Shown: positions 40,001-53,136 of the stretch, piece by piece | Layout: each line of letters starts with the position of its first letter | Position numbering within the stretch: the stretch's first letter is position 1 | From: Eledone cirrhosa | Lineage: Eukaryota | Length of the DNA stretch: 64,000 nt | Direction of reading: 5' to 3' | Assembly: GCA_964016885.1 (NCBI GenBank) | Contig: CAXHJY010000589.1 | Span: 62,001 to 126,000, forward strand | The notes under the pieces: model-generated | Told to the model about the DNA's origin: nothing | Database searches by the model: none | What the model saw: the letters and a program-made list of their open reading frames with translations, nothing else | Program-made: the position numbers and the translations under genes

Positions 40001-41043
40001 AATACTAGTAACAAGTGTAGCGACAGTAAAAGTACTAAATACTAGTAACAAGTGTAGCGACAGTAAAAGTACTAAATACTAGTAACAAGTGTAGCGACAG
40101 TAAAAGTACTAAATACTAGTAACTAGTGTAGCGACAGTAAAAGTACTAAATACTAGTAACAAGTGTAGCGACAGTAAAAGTACTAAATACTAGTAACAAG
40201 TGTAGCGACAGTAAAAGTACTAAATACTAGTAACTAGTGTAGCGACAGTAAAAGTACTAAATACTAGTAACAAGTGTAGCGACAGTAAAAGTACTAAATA
40301 CTAGTAACTAGTGTAGCGACAGTAAAAGTACTAAATACTAGTAACTAGTGTAGCGACAGTAAAAGTACTAAATACTAGTAACAAGTGTAGCGACAGTAAA
40401 AGTACTAAATACTAGTAACAAGTGTAGCGACAGTAAAAGTACTAAATACTAGTAACAAGTGTAGCGACAGTAAAAGTACTAAATACTAGTAACAAGTGTA
40501 GCGACAGTAAAAGTACTAAATACTAGTAACAAGTGTAGCGACAGTAAAAGTACTAAATACTAGTAACTAGTGTAGCGACAGTAAAAGTACTAAATACTAG
40601 TAACAAGTGTAGCGACAGTAAAAGTACTAAATACTAGTAACTAGTGTAGCGACAGTAAAAGTACTAAATACTAGTAACTAGTGTAGCGACAGTAAAAGTA
40701 CTAAATACTAGTAACAAGTGTAGCGACAGTAAAAGTACTAAATACTAGTAACAAGTGTAGCGACAGTAAAAGTACTAAATACTAGTAACAAGTGTAGCGA
40801 CAGTAAAAGTACTAAATACTAGTAACTAGTGTAGCGACAGTAAAAGTACTAAATACTAGTAACAAGTGTAGCGACAGTAAAAGTACTAAATACTAGTAAC
40901 TAGTGTAGCGACAGTAAAAGTACTAAATACTAGTAACTAGTGTAGCGACAGTAAAAGTACTAAATACTAGTAACAAGTGTAGCGACAGTAAAAGTACTAA
41001 ATACTAGTAACAAGTGTAGCGACAGTAAAAGTACAAACTACTA
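37082..41043. repeat. ~4 kb satellite of a 37-bp unit (CTAGTAACAAGTGTAGCGACAGTAAAAGTACTAAATA), ~107 copies
   Basis: Direct inspection; few recurring variants and no spacers. Confidence 0.97.
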
Positions 41044-43036
41044 AAGCCACAGTAAGAAAAATGCAATAATAACATCAAAGAGCAGTTTTCAATTCCTCAT
41101 GTTTTATCATCTGTAGAACATTAATCCACTAATTTCTCATTACTCGGTATAGATACTAGAGATGAGGTCTAAAAATAGAATTATTATCATCTGTGGTAGT
41201 TACAAACATGTCTCTTTAAAGAACTGACACCCATTTTTGATAATCTAATTTGTTTAAAACACAGCAGCAAGGTTTTGTGTTTAATAATACATAATTTAAT
41301 TAAATTTTCGAAAGAATTTAATGCTTTTCAGCTAAAGAAAGAGTCTAGTAAAAAGGGTGGGTCTCTCTATAAACTTTCTAGAAATAACAATATGTATGTC
41401 AGGTCCCATAACTCCTGATAGAGTCGTAGAGGCGCCATATTGACATACGGCGTTTCTTGAGTATTTTAATCATGGCGGAGCCCATCCCTATCCAGGCCAG
41501 CAGATTTCTTCCAGGGAAAGATAGAAAGATAGAAAGCGAGAGAGAGTAAATGAGAAAGAGAGGAATAAGCCACCCCAGTACTAGACTGGTACTTTTTTTT
41601 ATCAACTTCGAAAAGATGAAAGGCAAAGTTGACCTCGGCAGGATTGAACTCAGAGAGTCAGAACAAACACCATAAAACATTCTATTCCACGTTCTAACGA
41701 CTCTGCCAATTGGCCGCCTAGAAATAGCAGTAAAAAAATGTAAGTGTCTTGTGGTTATGAACACGAAAAAAGAAGGCAAAAGCAAGGACTCGAGGGTCAC
41801 AGAAAAATAGGAGGGGTGGAAGGAGGGTGATCGGCTCTAGGCCTAAATTGGCGATACTAGGGCTGCGCCTCGTGAACAAAACCGCAAAAGCATTCCCGCG
41901 GGGCTCCCTCCTCAGACGGGCTGCTGACGTTCCGATCCCGCGGAGGAGCTCAGCAGTACAACGTCAAAGTACGCTTGAGGTTTCGACGTCTTAACGTCTT
42001 AAATAAGGAAAATATATTAAGTAATGTAGTCCAACATAGTACCATGAAAAACCCCGGGTTGTAACAATTGGAATCCTTTTCATTATAGATTATGGATTGG
42101 CAGTATCAGTAGAGGGTCGGACGCAATGCTTTGCAGCCTAGAGTTACAGCCCTTTACAGTCTGAGTTCAAATCCCGCCGAGGTTAACTTTCTTTCATCCT
42201 TACGGGGTCGATAAAATAAAGTACCAGTAATGCACTGAGGTAATTGCTGGCCTTGCACCAAAAGTAAAAACAATTATTATAGGACAATGAAGGCGCATGG
42301 CTTTGTGGTTAGGGCATTTGGCTCACTATTGTAAGATCGTGAGTTCGATTTCCGCCGGTGCGCTGTGTTCTTGAGCAAGACACTTTATTTCATGTGGCTC
42401 GAGTCCACTCAGCTGGCAAAACTGATTTGTACCTGTAATTCGAAGGGGACAGTTTTGTCACATTCTCTGTCACACTGAATCTCCTTGGGAACTACGTTAA
42501 AGGTACGCGTGTTTGTGGAATGCTCGGCCACTTGCACGTTAATTTCACGAGCAAGCTGATCTGTTGATCGTATCAACAGGAATACTCCTCGTCGTAGCCG
42601 ACGGAGTGCCATTAGAACTAGATTATAGGCAGTTTTTGTTCCGATTCAAATCAATTTGCATGTTATTCTTCTGATGCCGATAAAATATAATTGTTTCTGA
42701 TTTAGGCCCAAGGCCAGCAATTTGGGAGGAGGAGGTGGGGAGTCGATTAAATCAACCCCAGTGCGTCACTGGTAGTACTTTTATTTTATCGATCCAGTAA
42801 GGATGAAAGGCAAAGCTTAACCTCTGCGGGATTTGAACTCAGAACGTAAAGAGCCGAACTCTACGGTGCTAAGCATGTTGTCTGACGCTCTATCGATTCT
42901 GAAGTTGATAAAATATAATACTAGTTAAGTATTGGGAGTCGGTATAAACAAGTTTACCTAACCCAGAAATTCCTGGCGTTGAGCCCAAAATTAGTAAGCC
43001 TTATAGGTCTGCTCTGTCGGGGTTGACCGAGAGATA

Positions 43037-43548
43037 AGCAACAACAGCAACAACAGGAACAACAGCAACAATAACAACAGGAACAACAGCAACAATAACA
43101 ACGGGAACACAGCAACAATAACAACAGGAACAACAATAACAACAGCGCAACAACAATAACAACGGGAACACAGCAACAATAACAACAGCAACAACAATAA
43201 CAACAGCAACAACAATAACAACAGGAACAACAATAACAACAGGAACAGCAGCAACAATAACAACAGCAACAACAATAACAACAGGAAGAACAATAACAAC
43301 AGGAACAACAATAACAACAGGAAGAACAATAACAACAGGAACAACAGCAACAACAATACCAACAGGAACAACAGCAACAATACCAACAAGAACAACAGCA
43401 ACAATACCAACAGGAACAACAATAACAACAGGAACAACAACAATACCAACAGGAACAGCAGCAACAATACCAACAGGAACAACAATAACAACAACAACAA
43501 CAATACCAACAGGAACAACAATAACAACAACAACAATTACAACAGCAG
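43037..43548. repeat. (AAC)n-based compound microsatellite
   Basis: Direct inspection. Confidence 0.92.
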
Positions 43549-43616
43549 ACTGATTTCAGTAATTCTTGCAACGTTTGTGAGCAGAGTTTCCATTCAAACT
43601 CAGTGCTCTATATTTA

Positions 43617-43877
43617 GCCTCCCGTCTGGGCTGGTTTGGGCACGCTTTGAGACTTCCCCCGGAGAGACTGGCGAACCAAGTACTTAAATGGAACCCACAG
43701 GGAAGCAGACGGAGAGGGCGACCCAAAATGAACTGGCGCCAGACAGTTGAGAGGGACCTGCGAGCGACAAACAGACAATGGCGGGACGCTGTACGACTGG
43801 CTGCTGACCGAACGCGGTGGAACATTATGATTGCCTCATGCGTCGCAAGACGCGGGAGCTTCTGAGTCTGAGTCTGA
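43617..43877 (+). mobile_element. 3' end of an RTE-clade LINE
   Basis: Encodes RLGWFGHALR...W.P.G.R.RGRP...W...V.RDL...A.DR..W followed by a (CTGAGT)n tail. Confidence 0.88.
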
Positions 43878-44151
43878 CATAAATAGATTCATTTGCCGAA
43901 GACTACTCCACAAGCTACAGTAACAAACTTCTAATTATCTAGATAACCCGTACAAATACGCATGCGCACACACATGTAGTGTCAAGGGTTTCCGTAGAAT
44001 AGATAAAGGAAAACGAGTGCTCCATGCTATATACAGAACAAAATATTATGAATAATTTCTCATCACAGTTGCTTCCTACCTTAGGTTTCAAAGCTTACTC
44101 AAGTGTAGATCATAGAGACACTACCTAAGCTACTGTTGTTTATCGTTCAGG

Positions 44152-44203
<52 letters not shown>

Positions 44204-44229
44204 ATGGATGGGACCACCCATGTAAACTC

Positions 44230-44317
44230 GTATATCTGAAGAGGTGTCGATTAAGAGACGGGATCCGATCGCCTGATCAAACCCGAGCTGATCGATATCG
44301 AAACAGTTGCAATATGC
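44230..44317 (+). ncRNA. Type I hammerhead ribozyme with extended helix II; cleavage triplet mutated (GCA)
   Basis: gtatat CTGAAGA ggtgtcgatt...gatcgatatc GAAA cagttg CA atatgc; adjacent to (TA)n. Confidence 0.75.
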
Positions 44318-44354
44318 AATAAAGTTTTATAACAAGCTGCAAATCTGACTTCCT

Positions 44355-44393
<39 letters not shown>

Positions 44394-44595
44394 AGTAAAC
44401 GGAAATAACAGCTAAACGATACAGTACAATGAAGATATGTATTGTTCAACGCTTGATATAGTAGAAAAATAGTCTTAACATTTCAGACATTATTCTTTCA
44501 TTAAAAAGATAGAATGGTAACTAAAAAAAGAGAAGAGTAGAGAAGAGTGAGAAGAGGAAGATACGGGGGAAATATTTTTGGAGAAAAAGTGTGTT

Positions 44596-45012
44596 TAGTT
44601 AGTCATATATAATATAGTTAGTCATATATAATTTAGTTAGTCATATATAATATAGTTAGTCATATATAATATAGTTAGTCATATATAATATAGTTAGTCA
44701 TATATAATATAGTTAGTCATATATAATATAGTTAGTCATATATAATATAGTTAGTCATATATAATATAGTTAGTCATATATAATATAGTTAGTCATATAT
44801 AATATAGTTAGTCATATATAATATAGTTAGTCATATATTATATAGTTAGTCATATATAATATAGTTAGTCATATATAATTTAGTTAGTCATATATTATAT
44901 AGTTAGTCATATATTATATAGTTAGTCATATATTATATAGTTAGTCATATATAATATAGTTAGTCATATATAATTTAGTTAGTCATATATAATATAGTTA
45001 GTCATATATAAT
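44596..45012. repeat. 19-bp minisatellite (ATATAGTTAGTCATATATA)n, ~22 copies
   Basis: Direct inspection. Confidence 0.93.
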
Positions 45013-45432
45013 AATATGCAATACATTAATTTCTATCATGTGGCATATGTCTGGGCATAATGAAATAGTCAGCGAAGAAAGTGTATAACCCGTTTGATAA
45101 TTTAGTTTAAATTGCATTTATACAACTTTTGTAATTTTGTAATTTTGTAATTTTGAAAGGTTTAAATACAAACAAAAAGAAAAAGAACGATTTCCTTAAT
45201 CATATGTGTATAGAAATGCAAAACAGTTCCCCTTTCACTTAAATATGTATTCGCGAAAGCATAAACAAACACTCGCACATATACATACATACACACATGT
45301 ATACATATGTATACATACATATACATACATACACACATATACATACATACATACACATACATACACACATACACATACACACATATACATACATACACAC
45401 ACACACACACATATATACACACACACACATAT

Positions 45433-45464
<32 letters not shown>

Positions 45465-45508
45465 GCACACACACACACACACATACATACACACACACAT
45501 ACACACAT

Positions 45509-45543
<35 letters not shown>

Positions 45544-48026
45544 CAACACATACATACACACACATACATATATATACAAACACATACATACATACACACA
45601 CATATATACATATACAAACACATACATACATATACACACATACATACATACACACATATATATATATGTGAACAGAAAAAACGCAGTATAATTCCTAAGC
45701 TTTACTTAGCATTGACTCCACAGTACTTTTCAACTGAATGTAAAATCTTTCATTTATGTTGTTTTTTTTTGCTTTATAAATTTCCTTTTCAACATTTAGA
45801 AGCTGTAATTATATTCATTTCCTTGCAGTAAATCTTTAAAAAAAAACTGTGTCACTATAATCAAAGAATTGTAAGCAAGAGGAAACGCAGTTCCACGTAT
45901 GAACTAAATAAGTGGAAAGGAATCTTTGAAAAGTAGGACGTATTGTTTACATCTGGTGATGTCAGACGACATTTTCCTTCTTAGTTTTTACTCGATAAAT
46001 CGATAACAACATATCTTGGCTCACACGAGTATTAAGAGATCTTAGTGCCCTTGAATGAAACAAAGTCGGTTTATTGATTCAACTTTTTTGTTTATTGATT
46101 CAACTATTTTCAACTTTGCATTGAGTCGTGTGCTATTACGTGGTAGTGGTAATTCCGAATTTAGGACACACGAGACCCTGTGCTGGTTAAGTTATGAGGC
46201 CCCTTACTTGGACCCTGCAGGAGATAAATTTGTTTGGCAGGAAGCTGACCCCATCCCTTCCACGGGCCAAAAGGACCCTGTGTTTAAGCACACCTAAGCA
46301 CAATGGAAAATGCGGCACCGGGTAATGGAATAGTTATAAGTTCAAAGGAAACGTTTATATAAAACAAAACCATCCGTGGTAATGTAAGTGAATGATTGAA
46401 TGATAGTCTTTCTAGATGGTGTAAAAGAAAATCACTAACTTCACCAAATGAATCCAGTACACCCTGTGAAAGGTGGGGAATTGGCAGAGTCGTTAGAACG
46501 TCAGACAGAAGGCTTTGCAGTGTTGGTACTGGCTCTGAAGGCGTTTTGACTTCAACCCAGACCGAGATCCACTCTGGCTTTCATTCTTTCTAGGTCGATA
46601 AAAAAAGTACACATCCAGTACTAGGGTAGGTTTTTTCCCCACTATATCTCTCTTTTACTTCCACCCTTTTCTCTGGAGGAAATCGGCTGTGTTCAGACCT
46701 GGAGAGTAGATGGGCTCCGCCATGTTTACAGTGACGGGGCTCCTACGACTGCATCAGGAGTTACGGGTCCATATATACATCCTGTAAGGTGGTCGGTAAA
46801 CGAACGGAGATAATGTAGAAAGGATTCTTTAGCCCCACCGATGATTTGACAGTTTTTCTAGGGTTGGTGCCTGGATCTTCCAGCGCATCTCCCTTACCAT
46901 CCTCCGGGGAAACGCCTTCTCCATTCTGTCCGCCAGGGCTGTAGGGCGGCCAGCACGTGGGACCCCATTTGCTCATAATACAGAGAGATGGGGGAGGGCG
47001 AGAGAGATGGAGGCGATGACGGTGCGAGTGCGACTCTTCCGTGTTCGGACACATTGCACCTGTCATGTCGGAAAATGATTATGTTCCGTTTTTTTGTCTT
47101 GTCTGAAAAAAATTCACGAGTCTCTGACTGACAGAGAAAGTTTTTATGAGTTGACAAGGAAGTAGAAATAACGGAATTAGTTTCTCTATCAAAGACAAGG
47201 CCTCATAATGTGTTTATTATGCTACGTTCGATTACATACATACATTCAAACGACTGATAGTTAATCAGATAAAGGGCACCAAGGATATGCTGTAAATTAG
47301 TTGGCGAAAGAAGATGTATTCAACCGTAGAAAACATGCAAAGATGGAAGCGTACGAGCGTGACGTAAGGCTCTACCGCTCTAGAAAGTTAGTAACTCAAT
47401 ATACGACCTGATTCGGTCCATGCCATCATGAGAAGTTATCAGTAAAATGTCGTCATAAAACTGCCATAAATACGAATTTATTTCACCTGATTTACGATTC
47501 TAAGACCAAACCAATTAAATCTCACAAAAAAACCCCCCAAAAGTAGTACAAACTAATATTTATCTCTTCCCAATCCTGGTGTGGTCTAAGGGAGAATACA
47601 TGCTGATATATTTTGGTATCTTTGGCATATCTGTTAGTATCTTTGGCACATATTTACTGATATACTTTGGCAATGATTACCAGACCAGCACTGCAAACAT
47701 CGTCGAACTGCCTCAGGGTTCCACACTTGAGGCCTACTTAAGAATTCTAACTTTCTAGATAACTTTATTAGGCAGGGTTACTAATGATTGAATTTGCTTA
47801 ATAATAACGTGGAGGTATTTATAGTTAAGGAGGTATTTATAGTTCCTGTGTATACTTCCTGTGTATATTCATTGATAATTGTTTCTACGTTAGGCACAAG
47901 GCCAGCAATTACCCAGTGTATTACTGGTACTTTATTTTATCGACCCCGTAAGGGTGTATATTCATTGATAATGACTTCTAATTTAGACGCAAGGGAAAAG
48001 TCGACCTTGTGTCTAATTTAGAGATA

Positions 48027-48704
48027 CTAGCAGAAAAACCACCCTTAGGGTGGTTTTTCTGCTAGTATGTGTAGTGTGTATATTGATATTATACACAAGT
48101 ATATATACATGTAGATTTTCCTTCCCCATTCTGTCCGCCGGGGCGTACCGTTGTAGTTGTAGAAGAGACAGGAAGACAACAACTGGAAAGTTTGATTTTC
48201 TCAAACGACTGTTGTATATTCTCTCTGTCTTGTACTATTTAACTAAAAAGTATATTTACATTTATACAATTGTGAACATCAACCAACTGGCATTCAATCC
48301 ATAGATATGATAAAATAAAATCGTAATTGACAATATACATAGAAATTGAACGAAGACTGTGTTACACTGTCTTATGTAATCAGTAACGTAATCCATGATA
48401 CATTAAAAAAAAGACGATATTATATATAAACTGCATTAGGAGAAAATTAGTGACGGAAATATATGTATGTTTATTTAAGTGATCGCTAACCGGAAGTGTT
48501 GACATTTGAACATTTTAAAGAAGTGAATCTTTAAATAAACAATAAAATATATTTAATCAACAGCCACGAAATTTAGTAGATAAATTATGTAATATTCATT
48601 ACTTATTCATTATTTATTCAAAGTAATCCAACTTATTTTATTAATGGGATAAAATATTATAAACCGTACGCAGTCCCGCGCTCCTTACTTTATTATAGTT
48701 TAGA
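48027..48704 (-). mobile_element. Non-autonomous Helitron
   Basis: Minus strand begins A|TCTAAACTATAATAAAG and ends with a hairpin plus CTAG|T. Confidence 0.65.
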
Positions 48705-49209
48705 TGGGAATCGCTCTAGGTACAGTCGCTACTCCTCAACATCGCGGGATCAAGGCTCCGGAACTACGAATATGTGGTGAGAATGTCTAAGGGACTAAAT
48801 ACAGGAGAGATTTTACGGTCAATGGAGACTCCTACATAAAGGTTCCCTGGGGTAAACCAGGAGCATGATCTTTGCATAATATCCATGGGATCGGTTGGTA
48901 TCGCTTGGAGATCCAGCCGGATCATTTGGAGACGGTTGCCTCTGATAGGATCCGCTGGGTGGCGTCTCTCAGGACTGTCTCCACCACCCTTACATGAATA
49001 CGGCGGCTAAGGAGACGAAATCAATTGATTATACTGAGCCCTGTACTCCTTTACTTTATCGACCCCGGAAGCATGAAAGGTAAAGTTAATCTCGAAGGGA
49101 TTTGAAGTCAGGACGTAGAAATTCGTAACTATCATAAATACCACAAAGTATTTTGTCCGTCGCTCTACCGATTCTTCCAATCCAACATCCTATGTATTCG
49201 AATTAATAA

Positions 49210-49634
49210 TAACTATTTCTACTTTTGGCACAAGGCCAGCAATTATCCCAGTGCATTACTGGTACTTTATTTTATCGACCCCGTAAGGATGAAACGCAAA
49301 GTTAACCTCGGCGGGATTTGAACTCAAGACCTTAAAGGGGCGTAACTCTATGCTGGAAAGCATGACGTCCGATCCTCTACCGATACTGCCAACGTCCACT
49401 CAAAGTAAGCTGTAATAGTGTAGCTAATCATATTATAAAAAAATAGTTGTTTCTACTTTAGGCACAAGGCCAGCAATTACCCAGTGCATTACTGGTACTT
49501 TATTGTATCGACCCCCGTAAGGATGAAAGGCAAAGTTAACCTCGGCGGGATTTGAACTCAGATCGTAAAGGGACGTAACTATGCTGGAAAGCATGGCGTC
49601 CGACCCTCTACCTATACTGCCAATCCATCGCCCT
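49210..49634 (-). mobile_element. Two family A SINEs just downstream of the 133-nt exon
   Basis: Two reverse-complement consensus matches; the second has TSD AAAAAAATAGT. Confidence 0.85.
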
Positions 49635-49689
49635 CAAAAAAATAGTATTATATAATCGTGTGATGCCAAAATAAAGACATTTCTTTTAC

Positions 49690-49822
49690 CTTTCCTGAAG
49701 ATTTAATCCCTTTGCAAATGCAGATATAGACGACAATCCAGGCAAATAGTAAACAGAGGACCAAATCCCACTTTAATTCACCCATATCGTGCAATCCGGA
49801 AGATATTTTCAGTACTTCACGC
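49690..49822 (-). CDS. SLC6 exon (TM4): REVLKISSGLHDMGELKWDLVLCLLFAWIVVYICICKGIKSSGK
   Basis: tttcag acceptor, AAG|gtaaaa donor, 133 nt, phase 2-0; KGxKSSGK motif; translated by hand (not in ORF track). Confidence 0.95.
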
Positions 49823-50978
49823 CTGAAATAAATAAAAATAAAAGAACGAAGCTTTGTTATTAAGTCATATGTTATGATAAGTGAAGGCGTGTGGCTGAGT
49901 GGTTAGAGAATTGGATTCGCAATCGTAAGGTTGTGAGTTCGATTCCTGGACCAGGTGATGCGTTATGTCCTTGAGCAAGACACTTTGTTTCACGTTGCTC
50001 CTTCTACCTGGAGTTGCGACCGATAGATAGTATTAGCAATTGGAAAGACCAACGGAAACATTGTTCCCTCGGTCCGATTTGACGGAAGCCGATCGTTCCT
50101 TTATGTTATGATAACGACAAATTTATACTTCCTAAAATATGCGAGTACATGCATGCATGATACTCCGTCGGTTACAACGACGAGTGTTCCGGTTGATCCG
50201 ATCAACTGAACAGATTGTTCGTGAAATTAACGTGCAAGCGGCTGAGCATTCCACAGACAACACGTAACCTTAACGTAGTTCTCAGGGAGATTCAGCGTGA
50301 CACTGAACGTGAAAAGGCTGGTTCTTCGAATTACAGATACAACTCATTTTTGCCTGCTGAGTGGACTGGAGCAATGTGAAATAAAGTGTCTTGCTCAAGA
50401 GCAACGCGCCGCCGGGAATCGAACTCACTACCTTACGGTTGTGAGCCGACTACATTAACCTCAAAGCCACGCGCCTTCACATACATACATACATAGATAA
50501 CAAGTACAATCCATTAATGGAACAGTAAAAATATGTAAAACATTCCAAAAATTCTGCACCTAATAACTGCATATACACATGTACAGATACAAAGCATGCA
50601 CACATATAACTCAAAACATACACATCCACACATACAATAACATCCATATCTACACATACATGCAGACATGCAGACATATCTACCTAGTTGATGTTGTGTA
50701 GATTCCAATGAGAGAGTCTTGTGTCTGTTAGAAACCGACTCTCTCTCTATTGGCAAACATTTGTGAAATTATAAAACCAGAAGAACATACATAACATATA
50801 TATATATATATATATACACACATACATAGACACACACACACATACACACGCAAGTGTGGAAGTAAGTTCTGTTAAAGGAACACCAGTTTTTATTTATGAT
50901 AAAAGAATATTTTAATGTTGGCGTTTAGGCCGCCCTCCACTGGATTACTATATATTCCATTACTTCCTTCCTCCTGCT

Positions 50979-51066
<88 letters not shown>

Positions 51067-51078
51067 TAATATACTTAC

Positions 51079-51340
51079 TCCCAGTATTCCGTGACGGAAT
51101 CAAATGTTCTGAGACTGGTAGAGTTTTCAATGATACTTATATTACACGTTGTTCCATTTAATGGGACGTAGTCTTCAGATGGTACACGACAGGCACAAGT
51201 GTTCCATTCCTGTCCACACTGGGCCCAGGGTAGAGGACCAGTTGTAAACGAAGCAAACATGTAGCGGAATGACCAGCATAATATAACATTGTAGTAAATA
51301 TTGAGGAAGACGACAATGACGAACGATGTCAGACCAAGAC
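51079..51340 (-). CDS. SLC6 exon (TM3 + extracellular loop 2): GLGLTSFVIVVFLNIYYNVILCW...LPWAQCGQEWNTCAC...SVTEYWE
   Basis: ttccag acceptor, GA|gtaagt donor, 262 nt, phase 1-2; YYxxI..W, LPW..C..WNT..C and EYW motifs; N-glycosylation sequons NGT, NIS, NST. Confidence 0.95.
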
Positions 51341-52053
51341 CTGGAATATTAATAGAAAATCTATATAAATCTATATAAAAACAGGGGAAGTAATACAAGG
51401 ACTAAATTATATTAACCCTTTAGCATTCAAACCGGCCATATCCTGCCAGAATTCTCTCACATATTCTGTTCAAACTGGTTATAACTGGCCACTCATATTA
51501 ATGTTAAAGTATTGTTCTTAAATAAATAATATCAAAATCACAGAAATTTGATATTATGTGAGATGTAAATATATCATGCTTTTATGCTATATTTATATTA
51601 AAAATAATGATAAATAAAAAAATAAAAAATAATGATGAATTAAAAAATAATGTTAAATTAAAAAGTAAAGATATATTACAATAAATGATTTAAAAGTATA
51701 ATATTTTACATTGGAAAAATATTGAAAATCAAGTTTTGTTTATTTATTAGTTATTATGAGATAAGTTTGACAAAAATATATTTAGCCAGAATTTGTTACC
51801 GGTTGAAAGTCAAATCTTAAATACTTAGAAAAATTACAAAGGTTACGAAAAATGACGGGAGTTTACAAAAGATTAAATAATTAGTTAAAAGTATATACTA
51901 AAACCATTTAAAATTCTGACTATAAAAATTTAGACTATAAAAATTAAGACTATAAAAATTAAGACTATAAAAATTAAGACTATAAAAAAACCATAAAGAA
52001 GTTTTAAGATATTTTTTAAAGATCTCAAAATTGCCTTGGTTACCCTTGAAATA

Positions 52054-52468
52054 TCTATATATATATAAAAGCAAGTCGGTCTGTGTCTGTGTGTGTGTCT
52101 GTCTGTGTACAAATACTAGGCTCCTTTTAACTTTTGAAGTTCTAGGCCGATTTCAACCAAATTTGGCACACATGTTGCTTATATGCCAGAGCAGGGTTTG
52201 GACAAAAACAAATTTGAAAAAAAAATCGATATTGGGGCCGAAAAATCGATTTTGTGTGTGTATCTGTCTGTGTACAAATACTAGGCTCCTTTTAACTTTT
52301 GAAGTACTATGCCGATTTGGCACGTGCTATTGGGGCGACCTCTCATTGGCTAGCCAATTAGCTGACATAACCTGATATGCACTCAGAAATTGCTAGCTAA
52401 GCCATAAACGACCTTGAACAATTCAGGTTGTCATTCATTTCCCGAGCAACGCCGGGTACATCTGCTAG
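52054..52468 (+). mobile_element. Non-autonomous Helitron
   Basis: 5' TCTATATATATATAAAAG; subterminal hairpin CCCGAGCAACGCCGGG; 3' CTAG; inserted between A and T; internal CCGATTTCAACCAAATTTGGCAC motif. Confidence 0.85.
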
Positions 52469-52640
52469 TATATAATAAAATAATTATGGTTTTATAAATA
52501 TAGTTTCCATTTATTAATATATTGTTTATATATATATGTATGTATATATGTATGTAAAAGGTAAACAGAAATAACAACACAATCGGTACAGTATATGGAA
52601 GGTATATATTATGTTAACGCTTGATATAGCAGGAAGAGGG

Positions 52641-52676
52641 TCTTAACGTTTCGGACGCTAGTCCTTCATCAGAAGA
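52641..52676 (-). ncRNA. Minimal type I hammerhead ribozyme (PLE-type)
   Basis: Minus strand: tctt CTGATGA a ggac-tagc-gtcc GAAA cg TT aaga; palindromic AACGTT helix III; inside a ~200-nt insert between (TA)n tracts. Confidence 0.85.
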
Positions 52677-52762
52677 AAGAATGAGGGTTCGGGCAGGTTG
52701 GAATTGGAAAAAATGTCTTTAGATAAAAATAACAGGTCCATGTGTATATGTATGTATATGCA

Positions 52763-52816
<54 letters not shown>

Positions 52817-52992
52817 TATAGATATAGATAGGTAAATATACACGGGTGTGTATGATTGTGTATAGAAGATTATATTAATAAGAGGAATTCCAACTTTGTC
52901 TGATTTACTCGTTTTATTTACAATCCTTTAAAATATATATAATGGTATTATAATTAAATAGTATGATAGAATATTAAATTCTAAGTGTTAAT

Positions 52993-53031
52993 TGAACAAG
53001 TACTTTCATGCTTTCGCAATCTTCAGGTTCA
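52993..53031 (-). ncRNA. Minimal type I hammerhead ribozyme, left arm of inverted repeat
   Basis: Reverse complement of the 53098-53136 copy. Confidence 0.8.
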
Positions 53032-53097
53032 TGATATGTGGTGACAGTCGAGTTTTCAACAGTTGAAAATTGCAAACTCGACTGTCACCACATATCA

Positions 53098-53136
53098 TGA
53101 ACCTGAAGATTGCGAAAGCATGAAAGTACTTGTTCA
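53098..53136 (+). ncRNA. Minimal type I hammerhead ribozyme, right arm of inverted repeat
   Basis: tgaac CTGAAGA t tgc-gaaa-gca t GAAA gtac TT gttca; GNRA loop II, palindromic AAGTACTT helix III. Confidence 0.82.

Noticed and set aside
37082-41043. CRISPR-like 37-bp repeat array
   Set aside because: Units are contiguous with no unique spacers, there are no cas genes, and the context is a eukaryotic intron; it is a satellite
42954-43571. Cys-rich and Leu-rich ORFs (keratin-associated or metallothionein-like appearance)
   Set aside because: Translation of an (AAC)n compound microsatellite
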